Shown in pieces: positions 48,327-60,697 of a stretch of DNA of 64,000 nucleotides (the stretch's first letter is position 1; the number at the start of each line of letters is the position of its first letter). Where the stretch lies: positions 19,959-83,958 of the forward strand of contig QPMI01000652.1 in NCBI GenBank assembly GCA_004431415.1. The letters are read 5' to 3'. The position numbers and the translations under genes were made by a program. The stretch comes from Cyanophora paradoxa CCMP329 (Eukaryota; Plantae; Glaucophyta). The notes beneath the pieces were generated by a model. That model made no database searches. It saw only the letters and a program-made list of their open reading frames with translations, and was not told the DNA's origin.

Positions 48327-50140
48327 ATGTGGACTCTGGTCGATGGGACTCTGCCAGAGTCTGGGAGCCCGGCCGGGATGGAGCCGGACGGCTGGAGAGC
48401 CTGGGGGCTCGATATCGGCAGCCCGGTGATCCTGCTGGGGCTCGAGGACGCCGGCGAGGCCACCGCCGACGCCGTCCGCGCGGCGCACGCCCGCGCGGTC
48501 TCCGCCGTGGGCCCCGCGCTCCTGCCGGTGCGGCCCGCACGCCGGCCCGTCGCCGAGTCGCCCCCCAAGCCGACCAAGCCGCAGGAGGGCGTGGCGGAGC
48601 TCTCCGGCGAGCAGCGCGCGGCCTGCGCCGCCGTCCTCTGCCGGCACATCGACCTGGGTGCGCCCCCGCCCGCTCCCGGCCCCGGTCGACCGCCCCCAGC
48701 CGACGCCCGCGCGCCGCGCGCAGCCGCGCGCCTGCTGCGCGAGCCGGCGGTGCGCCGCAAGCTCGCGGGACGGCCGCGCGGGAGCCGGCTGGTGGCGGGC
48801 CTCGCGGCGCTCGCGCTCGCCGTCCCGGGCGCCCCGTGCCCGGCCTGCGGCGGGGACGGGGGAGACGGGGCGCCGGCGCACGTCTTTGACGAGGCGGCCC
48901 CCGCCCAGCGGTGCCCCCGGACCGGCCGGCTCGTGCGCACCGCCGAGCCGATCGAGCCTGCCGCCGTGCGCCGCCTCTTCGGGCCCCCGACGCCCCGGCC
49001 TCGCCGCCGCCGCGCTCCCCAGACGGGCCCGCGGCCGGGCCGCCGGCCCCGCGGCCCGTCCGGCGGGACGCCTTTCGGGACCGGGGAGGCTGCTCAAGCT
49101 CCTCGCCTCGCTGGGCGCCGGGGAGCAGGCGGCCGAGCTTCGGGACCTCCTCCCCCTCCGCGCCCTCGCCGCGCGCCTCTGCGCCGAGCGCGGCCTCGAC
49201 GTCTCCCACTGGTGCGCCCGGCCGCCGCCGCTCCCCGCCTCGTTCGCCCGCCCGGCCCCGACCGACCCCGACGCCCGCGCGCGGCAGCGATCCTCTGCCG
49301 GAGCGATTCCTTGCGGCTGCCGAGTGAGCTCGCGGCCTCGCATCCCCTCACGACCCGCTGGGCCGCCCCGAGACGTCCCCCTGCCGCCGCAGGGCCGCGA
49401 GGCGGATCGAGGCGGGCGGCGTCGTCGATCCCAGCACGCGTGCGCAGCGGGGCCCTGGGGCGCTCCCCCACCACCGCCGCCGCCGGCCCGCCGCCGCCCG
49501 ACCGACCCCGCCGGCGCGCGCAGGGCGCAGACGTACGCCTCCAGGAGCTTCTTCCGGCGCGGGACGGAGGACATCCGGCAGTTTGCGCTGCGGCACCTGC
49601 CGGCCGAGGCGCCGGCGGACGAGGTCCTCGAGATGGACCGCGACGCCGTCGTCGCCCTCGTCGTCCTCGCCGCCCGCCGCCTCGGCTGGCCCGCCCCGGA
49701 CCCGTGCGCCCGTCCCCCGCTCTCGCCCTTGCCCCCCCTCCGAGCCCCCGACGCCCCCGCCCCCGAGCAGCGGCAGGCAGCCCGGGGCGCAGCGGTGGCT
49801 CGAGATGTCCGACGCGCACCTCGTCGCCCTCCGGTGCGGCAGGCCGCGCGCCCACGGCGCGGCCGCGCGCCGACGGAAAGGCCGGGGCGGGGCGCGCAGA
49901 AGCGGCGACGAGCTGGCGGCTGCGAGGGCGCCCCGCGACGCGACGTGCGCGCCCCTCTTTCCCCCGTTTCCCTCGCGTGCGCGCGCGCGCGCGCGCGCGC
50001 GCTCCCGACCCGAGGGCCCAACCGGCAGGACGGGGGGCGGCGGCGGCAACGACGGCGGAGCGGGGCGGAGCAAGCGGCGGCGGCGGGGCGAGCCCGGCGT
50101 CTCCCACGCGAGCGCAATCGAGGACGAGGAGGCCGACTGA
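48327..50140 (+). CDS. Hypothetical protein with Zn-ribbon-like motif; multiple frameshifts and/or introns
   Basis: MWTLVDG...; CPACGG...HVFDEAAPAQRCPRTG. Coding-like segments switch frames (LLKLLASLG..., EDIRQFALRHL..., WLEMSDAHLVAL...IEDEEAD*). Confidence 0.5.
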
Positions 50141-50369
50141 GGCCGCCCGACGGGGTCGGACGGGCTCGCCCTCTATCGGGGGCCCGCCCATGCCAAAGCC
50201 CGTGCACGTGCTTGGACAGGTAGAAAGGTAGCTAGGAAGCTAGGCAGATGTACAGTTGGCGTTCAGGGCGCGGGTTTGAGTTGATCGCGATCGGAATCAC
50301 AACCGAGCCGGGCGTGGAACCATAGCGGAAAAGGGGGGGAGCTCGAGGGAGATGGTGCGGGCCGGCCCC

Positions 50370-50830
50370 TGCTGACAGATAGCCCGCCTGGTCGATTCCG
50401 GCTACGGCGCCTGTACCCCCCGACGGGCCCACGAGCTCTCTGGTGGGACGAGGCGGGCGGCGGGGGGCGGGGAGAGCGGGGGTACGGACGAACCGAGCCC
50501 CGCCGCTTATCGCCCGCCTGGTCGATTCCGGCTACGGCGCCTGTACCCCTGGGCGGACGCGCGAGCTCTCGGTGAGACGCGGCGAGCGGCCAGAGGGTTC
50601 GGGGGAAGCGGGGGGGTACGGACAAACCGAGCCCCGCCGCTTATGGCCCGCCTGGTCGATTCCGGCTACGGCGCCTGTACCCCTGGGCGGGCCCGCGAGC
50701 ACGTCGGTGAGGCGAGGCGAGCGGCCAGAGGGTGCGGGGGAGCGGGGGTACGGACGGACCAGGCCCGCCGCTTATGGCCCGCCTGGTCGATTCCGGCTAC
50801 GGCGCCTGTACCCCTGGGCGGGTGCGCGAG
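50370..50830 (+). repeat. Array 3, type-A half: 4 units of ~131 bp
   Basis: Core near 50388, 50517, 50652 and 50782. Confidence 0.95.
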
Positions 50831-50917
50831 CTCTTTGAGAGACGGGGGCGAGCGGTCGGAGGGTGCGGAAGCGCGCGAAGGGGTGGGTCGAGAGGAAAGG
50901 CAAACGACAGCGTTAGC

Positions 50918-52050
50918 AGGGGTACACGCACCGTAGCCGGAATCGACCAGGCCGCCCCTACTGCGAGCCAGCTGCTGCGATCCGTACGGGCCGCCGAGTG
51001 AGCGAGGGCGGGGGCGGGGGGGGCGCGTTGGAGGGTACACGCACCGTAGCCGGAATCGACCAGGCCGCCCCTACTGCGAGCCAGCTGCGGCGGGCCGTGC
51101 GGGCCGCCGAGTGAGCGAGGGCGGGGGCGCTCGAAGGGGGCGAGAGGCCTAAGGGTACACACACCGTAGCCGGAATCGACCAGGCCGCCCCTACTGCGAG
51201 CCTGCTGCCGCGGGCCGTACGGGTCGTCGAGCGAGCGAGGGCGGAGGCGCACAAGGGGGGCGAGGGGCCTAAGGGGTACACACACCGTAGCCGGAATCGA
51301 CCAGGCCGCCCCTGCTGCGAGCCAGCTGCGGCGGGCCGTGCGGGCCGCCGAGTGAGCGAGGGCGGGGGGCGCTCGAAGGGGGCGAGAGGCCTAAGGGGTA
51401 CACACACCGTAGCCGGAATCGACCAGGCCGCCCCTACTGCGAGCCTGCTGCCGCGGGCCGTACGGGTCGTCGAGTGAGCAAGGGCGGAGGCGCACAAGGG
51501 GGGGCGAGGGGGCCTAAGGGGTACACACACCGTAGCCGGAATCGACCAGGCCGCCCCTACTGCGAGCCAGCTGCGGCGGGCCGTACGGGCCGCCGAGTGA
51601 GCGAGGGCGGGGGGCGCTCGAAGGGGGCGAGAGGCCTAAGGGGTACACACACCGTAGCCGGAATCGACCAGGCCGCCCCTACTGCGAGCCTGCTGCCGCG
51701 GGCCGTACGGGCCGCCGAGTGAGCGAGGGCGGGGGCGCTCGAGGGGGGGCGAGGGGGCCTAAGGGTACACACACCGTAGGCGGAATCGACCAGGCCGCCC
51801 CTACTGCGAGCCAGCTGCGGCGGGCCGTACGGGCCGCCGAGTGAGCGAGGGCGGGGGCGCTCGAAGGGGGCGAGAGGCCTAAGGGTACACACACCGTAGG
51901 CGGAATCGACCAGGCCGCCTCTACTGCGAGCCAGCTGCCGCGGGCCGTGCGGGCCGCCGAATAAGCGAGGGGCGGGGCGCTCAAAGGGCCGAGAGGCCTA
52001 AGGGGTACACACACCGTAGCCGGAATCGACCAGGCCGGGCCCCTACTGCG
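50918..52050 (-). repeat. Array 3, type-B half: 10 units of ~120 bp
   Basis: Inverted core GGGTACACACACCGTAGCCGGAATCGACCAGG repeated. Confidence 0.95.
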
Positions 52051-52669
52051 GGCCAGCTGCCGCGGCCGTGCGGGCCGCCGAAGGAGCAACGAGGGCGGGG
52101 GGCGCGCGAGGGGCCGCGCGGAGCGGGGCAGCGGGCCGAGGAAAAGGGGGCGGGGCTCGCTGCAGCCCGAAGAAGCGGACCGAGCGCGGTGCCGGCCGAC
52201 TCGGTGATCGTCTTGCTCGCCGGACCCGGTGCGCCCGCACTCCTCCCCGCGTAGCGCTTCGCGAGGGTGTGGCGGAGAAGCGCGCGGGTCCGCACGCTGC
52301 GCGCCGGCGCCGCACGCGGCGGCCGCGGGACCGATCGATATCGACGGCCGGAGGCGCGCAGGCGGAAAAGCGCGGAAAGTGCGCCTTGGGCTCCGGCTGC
52401 GTCTGCGCTACCGCCCGAGCGCGGCGCCGTGCGCGCCGAGCTCGGGTGCCCAGCATGTGCGAATAGGGCACGCATACGTGAGCTTGTGGGCCGGAGAGGC
52501 ATCGGAGGGGCGCTGCGGATCGATCGCTAGCCATGGCCATGGGATCTTCGACTCAGTGACTGCGCCCGACCCGAGCACGAGCCGGGCGGGCGCCGACGCG
52601 ATTTTCGAGCTCAACAGGAGCCAAGGACTGCGCCAGAGGGCACTCGCGCGACGCGGCGTGCTGTTGAAA

Positions 52670-52697
52670 TTCGATGGTGCGATGTCGCACGATCGAA
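52670..52697. other. Second (inverted) copy of the 13-2-13 dyad element
   Basis: TTCGATGGTGCGA-TG-TCGCACGATCGAA (1 mismatch). Flanks are the reverse complement of ~9371-9430. Confidence 0.9.
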
Positions 52698-53654
52698 ACG
52701 TTGCAAACTGGCCCCCCCCCCCCCCGAAAGAGCTGCGCTTTGGGCCAGCGTGCGTGCACGCGCTCGCCGAGCTGCGGCGGCAGCTGGCGGCACGCGGTGC
52801 GCGTGCTCGAGCCTCCAGGCTCCAGCCGCACGGCTGCGGCGAGTCTCTGGGTACACGCATTTCCACCGCCGGGCGGAAAAGCACGCTAGAGCCACAGCGA
52901 TCCCACGCACAGAGAGCAGCGGACCCCGAGCCGCGCTCGTGCGGGCGCTCGGACGCGCCCGAGCCGCGAGCCTCCCTTCTGCTCTCCCGAGAGATCTAGA
53001 GCCACGCCTCCGGCGGTTCCAGCTACCCGTGCGGTTCATGCGCCTCCCGTCGGTCGTAGCCTGCTCGGCGGCCGCGGCCCGCAGGCAACTTTCGATCCGC
53101 CGCGGCTGACGTGCGCATGCCTCTGTACATGTCCCTCGCCCCGGCCCGCAGGGCGCCGACGCCGGATTAAGTTTTTGCGCGCCCGCGAGCTCTTCCTGCG
53201 TTCAGTTCGAATCCAAAGCGGCTCATGCCTACGCGCGCCCGCGCGCCCCGGCCGGGCCCGCCCCGCCGGAGCCGGCCGGCGCTCAACCGGCCCAGGCCTC
53301 GGCGCCGGGCCGCGGCGCCCCGTCGCCCAGAGCGGATCGCCTGGTGCGCTTCGGGCCGCCTGCTCGGGGGCGGGACGCGCGGCAGCGGCCTGGCGAGGCC
53401 GGGCGCGGGGACGTCGGTCGGCACGGGGAGCCGGCCGATGCCCTGCGGCGGCGGCGGCGCAAGCGGCGGCGGGGCGTCCATCGCGAGGTTGAGCGCGGCC
53501 CGGCCGGGCGCCGCGCCCGTGGCGGGCGAGAGAGGGCCCCGCTTCGAGCGTCCCCTCTGGATCCGCTTCCCCGCCAACGCCAAGCCCTCCGCAGCCGGCC
53601 CGCCGGGCGAGCCAAGAGCGCCCGGGGCCTCGTGTGGGGGTGCGCCCGAGCACG

Positions 53655-55452
53655 GCGGGCCTGGTCCGTCCGTACCCCCCGCTCTCCCCGCCCCCCGCCG
53701 CTCGCCGCGTCTCACCGAGGGCTCGCGGGCCCGCCCAGGGGTACAGGCGCCGTAGCCGGAATCGACCAGGTGGGCCATAGGCGGCGGGGGGCTGGTCCGT
53801 CCGTACCCCTCGCTTCCCCCGCACCCTCTGGCCGCTCGCCGCGTCTCACCGAGAGCTCGCGCGTCCGCCCAGGGGTACAGGCGCCGTAGCCGGAATCGAC
53901 CAGGTGGGCCATAGGCGGCGGGGGCCTGGTCCGTCCGTACCCCCCGCTTCCCCCGCACCCTCTGGCCGCTCGCCGCGTCTCACCGAGAGCTCGCGCGTCC
54001 GCCCAGGGGTACAGGCGCCGTAGCCGGAATCGACCAGGCGGGCCATAATCGGCGGACCCGGTCCGTCCGTGCCCTCTGCTCGCCCCGCCCCCCGCCGCTC
54101 GCCTCGTCCCACCGACGTGCTCGCGGGCCCACCCAGGGGTACAGGCGCCGTAGCCGGAATCGACCAGGCGGGCGATAAGCGGCGGGCCCGGTCCGTCCGT
54201 ACCCCCGCTCCCCTGCACCCTCTGGCCGCTCGCCTCGTCTCACGAGGGCTCGTGGGCCCGTCCAGGGGTACAGGCGCCGTAGCCGGAATCGACCAGGCGG
54301 GCCATAACCGGCGGGGCCCGGTCCGTCCGTACCCCGCTCGCCCCACCCCCCGCCGCTCGCCTCGTCTCACCGGCGTGCTTGCGGGCCCGCCCAGGGGTAC
54401 AGGCGCCGTAGCCGGAATCGACCAGGCGGGCCATAACCGGCGGGGCCCGGTCCGTCCGTACCCTGCACCCTCTGGCCGCTCGCCTCGTCTCACCGAGAGC
54501 TCGCGAGCCCGCCCAGGGGTACAGGCGCCGTAGCCGGAATCGACCAGGCGGGCCATAAGCGGCGGGCCTGGTCCGTCCGTACCCCCCGCTCTCCCCGCCC
54601 CCCGCCGCTCGCCGCGTCTCACCGAGGGCTCGCGGGCCCGCCCAGGGGTACAGGCGCCGTAGCCGGAATCGACCAGGCGGGCGATAAGCGACGGGCCTGG
54701 TCCGTCCGTACCCCCCGCTTCCCCGCACCCTCTTGCCGCTCGCCGCGTCTCACCAAGAGCCTCGCACCCGCCCAGGGGTACAGGCGCCGTAGCCGGAATC
54801 GACCAGGCGGGCGATAAGCGGCGGGGCCCGGTCCGTCCGTACCCCCGCTTCCCCTGCACCCTCTGGCCGCTCGCCTCGTCTCATCGAGAGCCCGCGGTCC
54901 GCCCAGGGGTACAGGCGCCGTAGCCGGAATCGACCAGGCGGGCGTTAAGCGGCGGGCCCGGTCCGTCCGTACCCCGCTCCCTGCACCCTCTGGCCGCTCG
55001 CCTCGTCTCACCGAGGGCTCGTGGGCCCGTCCAGGGGTACAGGCGCCGTAGCCGGAATCGACCAGGCGGGCCATAACCGGCGGGGCCCGGTCCGTCCGTA
55101 CCCCCGCTCGCCCCCACCCCCCGCCGCTCGCCTCGTCTCACCGGCGTGCTTGCGGGCCTGCCCAGGGGTACAGGCGCCGTAGCCGGAATCGACCAGGCGG
55201 GCCATAACTGGCGGGGCCCGGTCCGTCCGTACCCTGCACCCTCTGGCCGCTCGCCTCGTCTCACCGAGAGCTCGCGAGCCCGCCCAGGGGTACAGGCGCC
55301 GTAGCCGGAATCGACCAGGCGGGCCATAAGCGGCGGGCCCGGTCCGTCCGTACCCCCGCTTCTCCCCGTCCCCCGCCGCTCGCCTCGTCTCACCGAGAGC
55401 TCGCGGCCCGCCCAGGGGTACAGGCGCCGTAGCCGGAATCGACCGGGCGGGT
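53655..55452 (-). repeat. Array 4: ~14 type-A units on the minus strand, with no adjacent type-B half
   Basis: GGGGTACAGGCGCCGTAGCCGGAATCGACCAGG recurs every ~122-138 bp. Confidence 0.95.
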
Positions 55453-55737
55453 CAAAACCGGACGACTCTCGGCGGGCGCCGTTTCGCGGCGCCCACCGCG
55501 GGGCCCGCGCGCCGGCGTTGGGCCCGCGGGGCCATCGCCCACCGCCGGCCGCCGCCCCGCCCGGCACGCGTCCTTCCCACCGTACCTCTCCCTCTCCCCC
55601 GCACCCCGTCTGCCCGCTTTTGCCCATCCGGCGGGCCCCGATGGGGCATATATAGGAGTCGCCGGCCCCCCGATCCTCCCGACGAGACCCGCAGGCCCTT
55701 CTGCCGGGGTCCTCCTCCTTCCCCCCTGCCTCCGGCG

Positions 55738-58061
55738 ATGGCGTCGCAGCCGGCGTCGGGGGCCCAGGTGACGAGCCCGCGGGGCGCGGCGGGCGGCGCG
55801 TCCGGCTGCCCGCCCCTCGACTCGCGGCCGGCCAAGGTCAGCCTCCCCGCGTTCATCAGCCTGGGGCGGGACCCGCTCCTCTCCTGCCGCCCGGCCTGCG
55901 CCCGCTGCAAGTCGGAGCGCATCCTCCCCCGATCCTCCTCTCCTGCGCCGCCGCCCGCCTCCTCGCCAAGACCGGCGCATCGTCCGTCAACGAGGCCTGG
56001 ACGCCCACCCGCGCCCGCCTCGACGACCTCAAGTTCAACTCGACCGGCTCGTTCGTCTGCCTCAGCTGCGCCCTCACCCTCCTCTCCGTCAGCGCCGAGG
56101 GCGGCGCCTCGCCGCCCCTCTTCACCTGCCCCAGCTGCGGCGACCCCCACCCGGCCGCCTCGGGCCTCGTCTGCAGCTCCCGCATCGACGCCCTCTTTTC
56201 CTTTCTCGCCTACATCGACGACGCCGCCTTTGCCGCCTCGTGGATCTCCGGCGACCTCTGCCTCCGCACGGCGCTCACGTACGCCCTCGAGCGCTTCCAG
56301 GCGGCCGCCGCCCAGGCCCGCGCCCCGCCGCCGCCGCCGGCGGCGGCCCCGCCCCGGCCCCGCGGCCCCCGCCGGGCGGGCCCGAGCTCGGGCTCCGGCT
56401 CTGGCCCCGAGCCGCCGCCCCGTCCGACGGATCCGCGCCGCCGCCCAGCCGCCGGCGCGGCGGCCGCCCCCTGGCCCCGGGGAGCCGGCCGCGGGCGCCA
56501 AGGCCCAGGGCGGCAAGAAGCGCAAGGAAAAGGGCGCCGCCTTGGGCCCGGGCCGGCCGCCGAGGAGGAGGGGAGGAGAAGGAGGAGGAGGGGCGGCCAC
56601 CGGGCCCTCGCGATCGCGCGCCAAGCGCGCCGCGACGTCGACCAAGGGCCCGGCGCGGGGCGAGTCGGCGGCCGAGCAGGAAGAGGGGGAGGACGGCGCC
56701 GAGGAGCGGGCGCTGGAGCGGCGCAAGACGCTGCGCCCGCCCAAGCCGGCGAGCTCCCCCGACCCCGAGGCGGCGTCGGCGTCGGCCTCGGCGCAGGGCG
56801 CCGGCCCGGGTCCGGCTCGGGCGCCGGCCCTCGAAGCCGGCGCGGCGGGCGGCGCGGAGCAAGTGGGGCGCCGGGCGCGACCGCCGCAAGGAGTGGGAGT
56901 CGGACAAGCTCATCCGCGTCCTCTACAACGCGTACACGCGCCCCAAGGACGAGGACGCGCGCTCCGAGTCGGAGGGGGCAGCTCGGCCGGGAGCGGCGGC
57001 GGCGGCGGCGGCAGCAGCGGCGGCGGCGGCAAGGGCAAGGGCAAGGGCAAGGCGGCGGCGGCCCCCTCGCCATCGAGGCGGGCCCGAGGGCGGCGGGGGC
57101 GGCGGCGGCGGCTCGGGCAGCGAGGAGGACGGCTCGCGCGCCGGCTCGCCGGACCGCGGGCAAGGAGCTCGCGGAGCGCTGGCGCAAGGCCCTCGCCGAG
57201 GCGGAGCGGGCCGAGGGCGGCGCGGACGACGCCGACGAGCTCGCCGAGGGCCCCGCCGGGGCGGGGGCGAGGCGAGGGCGGGCTCGACCCAGAGTCGCTG
57301 GAGGCCTACGACTTTGGGCTCGAGGCGGGGATCGACCCGGGGCTCATCGGGCGCCAGATCGACGCCAGCCCCGAGGCCGCGCGGCCCTCCTGAACCGCAT
57401 CGAAGAGGCGGGGCGGGAGCGGATCCGCTGCATCATGCTCATCGCCTGCTCCGTCCTCGCCGTCCACCAGGCCTACACGGAGCGCTACGGCCGCAACCGC
57501 CGCCTCTGGGGCGCCTACCGCGCCGAGCACCTCTGCGCAAAGTACGACCACATCCTCCAGGCGGCCGGCTTTCGCCTCGAGGTCAGCGCCCAAAAGGTGA
57601 GGTCGCTTCGAATTCCCTGCGGGAGGAGGGGGCGGGGGCGGGCCCCTAGCGCTAGCTGCAAGCACGCGTGCCCGGCCCGGCGTGCTTTCAACGTCGCTCA
57701 CCGGAGGCTCGCGCAGTCCGAGATCTACAACGACCTCGCGCGCTGGGAGAGACGCTCACGAGGTTCCCTGGCCTGGCGCGCGTCTGCGGGAGCGGCATAT
57801 CGGTCGTCGACTTTGTCAGCTGCTCCCGCTCCTGAAGGGCTGCACGAAAGAGGGGCGGACCAGATCCGGGAGCGGCTCGCGGAAGAGGTGCAGCGCGCCA
57901 AGGGCTTTGTCTTTGACGGCTCGGTGCTGGAGCTTCGGAGGCCGGCGAGAGCGACGGGGACGGGGACGGGGACGAGCAGAGCGAGGCGTCGGGCGAGGAA
58001 GGGGCCGCCGAAGGCGCCGGCGAGGCCGGCGCCAAAGGCGACTGACCGGCAACGAAAATAG
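55738..58061 (+). CDS. RING-like protein with basic/G-rich linker and conserved C-terminal domain (paralog of 25260-28162); frameshifted
   Basis: TATA-like ATATATAG near 55648. Motifs CRPACARCKSERILP/PILLSC...GSFVCLSC...FTCPSCG and WGAYRAEHLCAKYDHILQAAGFRL. Probable intron ~57597-57716. Confidence 0.65.
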
Positions 58062-58479
58062 CACACGTTATACGCTGTTTAGAGTTTAGCCTTTTCGTTT
58101 CAATCATCTAAATAATCTGGCCCTCTCTCTTTCTGGCTCTTTAGTAAGATCTAGATCTAGAGTGAAGCCTATAGCTAGGCCCTAGTTGACTATTTGATGC
58201 GATGTTCCCCGCGCTCTAGACTTGTAGATTTCTGATCTGTGCAGTACGTAGTGTGCTTTTATGATCCGTGTGACTTTCTGCGCTCAGTGCTCACGTGTTA
58301 TCATAGTATCGATATCGATTGCAAGCTTAAGCACCCGATTCTGCCATGCCGTGACGAGGCCTAGGGCGGCTCATGATCACTGACTTGCAATTGGTAAATA
58401 AGTGACCGTGATCATGACCAGAACTCGTGGTGGCGCATTCTAGCTATTTGTCTCAGAGTCTCTATCGCGATTTTAAGCT

Positions 58480-59560
58480 TCAGGCGCTCTCGGTGTCGGC
58501 CGCCGTGTCTCCCTTCAAGCGTCGCGCAAGATCCGTGTCTGCAGGGCTGTCCAAATTCAAGGATCAGGACAGTCGCGATTAGCATCAATCCGAGCGTGAC
58601 ATTATAATTAAAGAAGCAGCCTGGCAGAGGGAGCTTAAGCCATGCTTATAATTATAGTTATAATCAAGGGACGGAAGAGGCACTGCAGCATTTGTAATCA
58701 AAAATAGGGCAAGACCTTACGCGTGCGCACCCGACCGTGACTCGCTTGCGGTGCTTGGCCGCGAGGACACCACCCTCGAACCAGCGAATGATGTGCGCCT
58801 CGGCGGCCTCGCGAATGGCTTGGATAGTGTCCTGCAAGACATGAAATACTAATCAGCCAGCTATTCGCACCCCCCCGCGCCCGGCACTGCGGCACGGGCG
58901 CGCACCTTTGTGAACCGAAAGTTAACAGATTGTTCACGAAGACCGGCCTCCACGTCTTCCTTGATCATCGCGGCCGTGAGCTCGCGCACCTGCGCACGTG
59001 CACGCGCCGCACAGCAGGGCACAGGGCTCGGCGGCAGAGGATAGTTTCAAGTTTTGAAGGGCCCCCACACGTACCAGGCGGCCGAACGGGGCCAGCGGAA
59101 TGAGGGCATTGTAGGTCTTCTGGTACCTGAACAGGAGCGGGGTTTCATTCAGAATTTATTTGTCACAGATCTAAATAGATTTAAACAAGAGTGAAATAAA
59201 AAACATTGAACGTACTTCACAATTTCGCGCTTTGCCACCGTCCCAGGGCGATGGCTGCGCGAGCGAGCGATTCTCACGTGCCGGGACTTTCTCTTCAAAA
59301 TAAAACGTAGGGAAGAGAGCAGGCCGACCGGAACGGCTTTCTCACTCCGCCCTCGCCCACAGCCTTTTTCCGCGCGGCTTTGGTCTTGAGGCCGCTGGCG
59401 CCGGAGCTCTTGAATGCCTTTCGCGGGGCCTTGTTTCCGGTGCCACGCTTGGCAGTTTGCTGCAAAATATAATTACAATGAACGAACTCGAAAGAACTAA
59501 GAATCGCAGATATGAATTCAGCGGCTTTCATGATCATTTTCCCACCTTGATGCGGGGCAT
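58480..59560 (-). CDS. Divergent histone H3-like protein, 7 exons
   Basis: Spliced at GT-AG sites it reads MPRIK|QTAKRGTGNKAPRKAFKSSGASGLKTKAARKKAVGEGGVRKPFR|HRPGTVAKREIVK|YQKTYNALIPLAPFGRL|VRELTAAMIKEDVEAGLREQSVNFRFTK|DTIQAIREAAEAHIIRWFEGGVLAAKHRKRVTVG|PADTDLARRLKGDTAADTESA*. This is colinear with canonical H3 throughout. Confidence 0.92.
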
Positions 59561-60697
59561 TGTTATATATGAGTAGACCGCGGGGTCAAAAGCCACTGGG
59601 CCACCGGGGGCACTAATCAAAAGCGAACGACATGCTTATCTGCTCGACCGCCAGCTGCAGCCGCTGGGCTGCAGGTCCGACCGTCCAATTCAGGCACGTG
59701 ATATAATTATATTCTGCCCGACGCCGGCGCAGCCGCGAGCACGCCGCGCAGCTCGCTCTGAGCGTGCAGGACGCACTGCATCATGATCAAGCTCAAGCGA
59801 CAGCGGAAAGCGGCCCGGGCGTATTCGAACCTTCCCGACCCGAGGCCAGGGAGCCCGGCGCCGGCTTCACGCCCGCAGACGATGCGTTCTATTAGCTCGG
59901 AATGCATCAGAAGAACGCTTGGAACGATCCCGGCAGCCGCCTCTGCGCTCGCGCCGCGCCAGGGCGCAGGGCCCGCCCCGGGCTCGGGCCCCCGACCAGA
60001 GCTCCGGCAGAGACGAAGCGCTCTATTAGCTCGGGCTTCACTGCAGATGCGAATTCGTGCCTTCTCGGCCCGCGGGCGGGCTCAGGCGCGCCAGGTCCGA
60101 CGGAAAAGCCCCGGCCGGGGTCGGCCGAAACCCGGGTACCGGGACCGCGGGAACTAACGATGTAAATCGCTTCCTAGCGCACCGAGAATGCGTTTTAGTC
60201 ACTCTGTTCCATGCCGAGCCGCCGGCCGCGATGCCAGAGGCCCATTGAAAGGTGCCACCAGAACTGGACCCCCCCAAAGGAGGCTATTCCGGGGCCCCTG
60301 AACGGAACCAAGGCCGTTTAAGGCATCTCCGAGGCCAGAGGCTCAGGAAAAATACCAGTTCCATACCCGGAGCGGATCCTAGGGTCTCGGGGGAGGCCCC
60401 CCGGACCCCCCCGCCCCCAACTCGCCAGGAGAGGCCCGGGGAATGGAACCGGCGCTCTATTTCAACACTACGAGACCCGCAGACGCTAAATACGCGCTCC
60501 CCGCGGCGCCGGGGCGCGCCGGCGGCGCCGGCCGGGGGCGGATCAAATCTGCGCCCCGAGGCCCCCCGGAGGCTCCGAGAGGGCCGGCCGAGGCCGGGGC
60601 GAGGGGCGGAGCCGGCCATATATAGGGGCCCGAGCTAATAGAAGGTCCACGGGAGCGAGCGGAGAGGCGCAGGGGGCGGGGCGGAGGGCGGGGCGGG

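Noticed and set aside
48420-48520. DnaJ J-domain (ILLGL...ATADAVRAAHAR)
   Set aside because: Only superficial helix I-II similarity; no HPD motif.
53712-55627. ORFs with repeated ARLVDSGYGACTPG peptides, here and in the other arrays
   Set aside because: These are translations of the DNA repeat; unit lengths vary without preserving frame.
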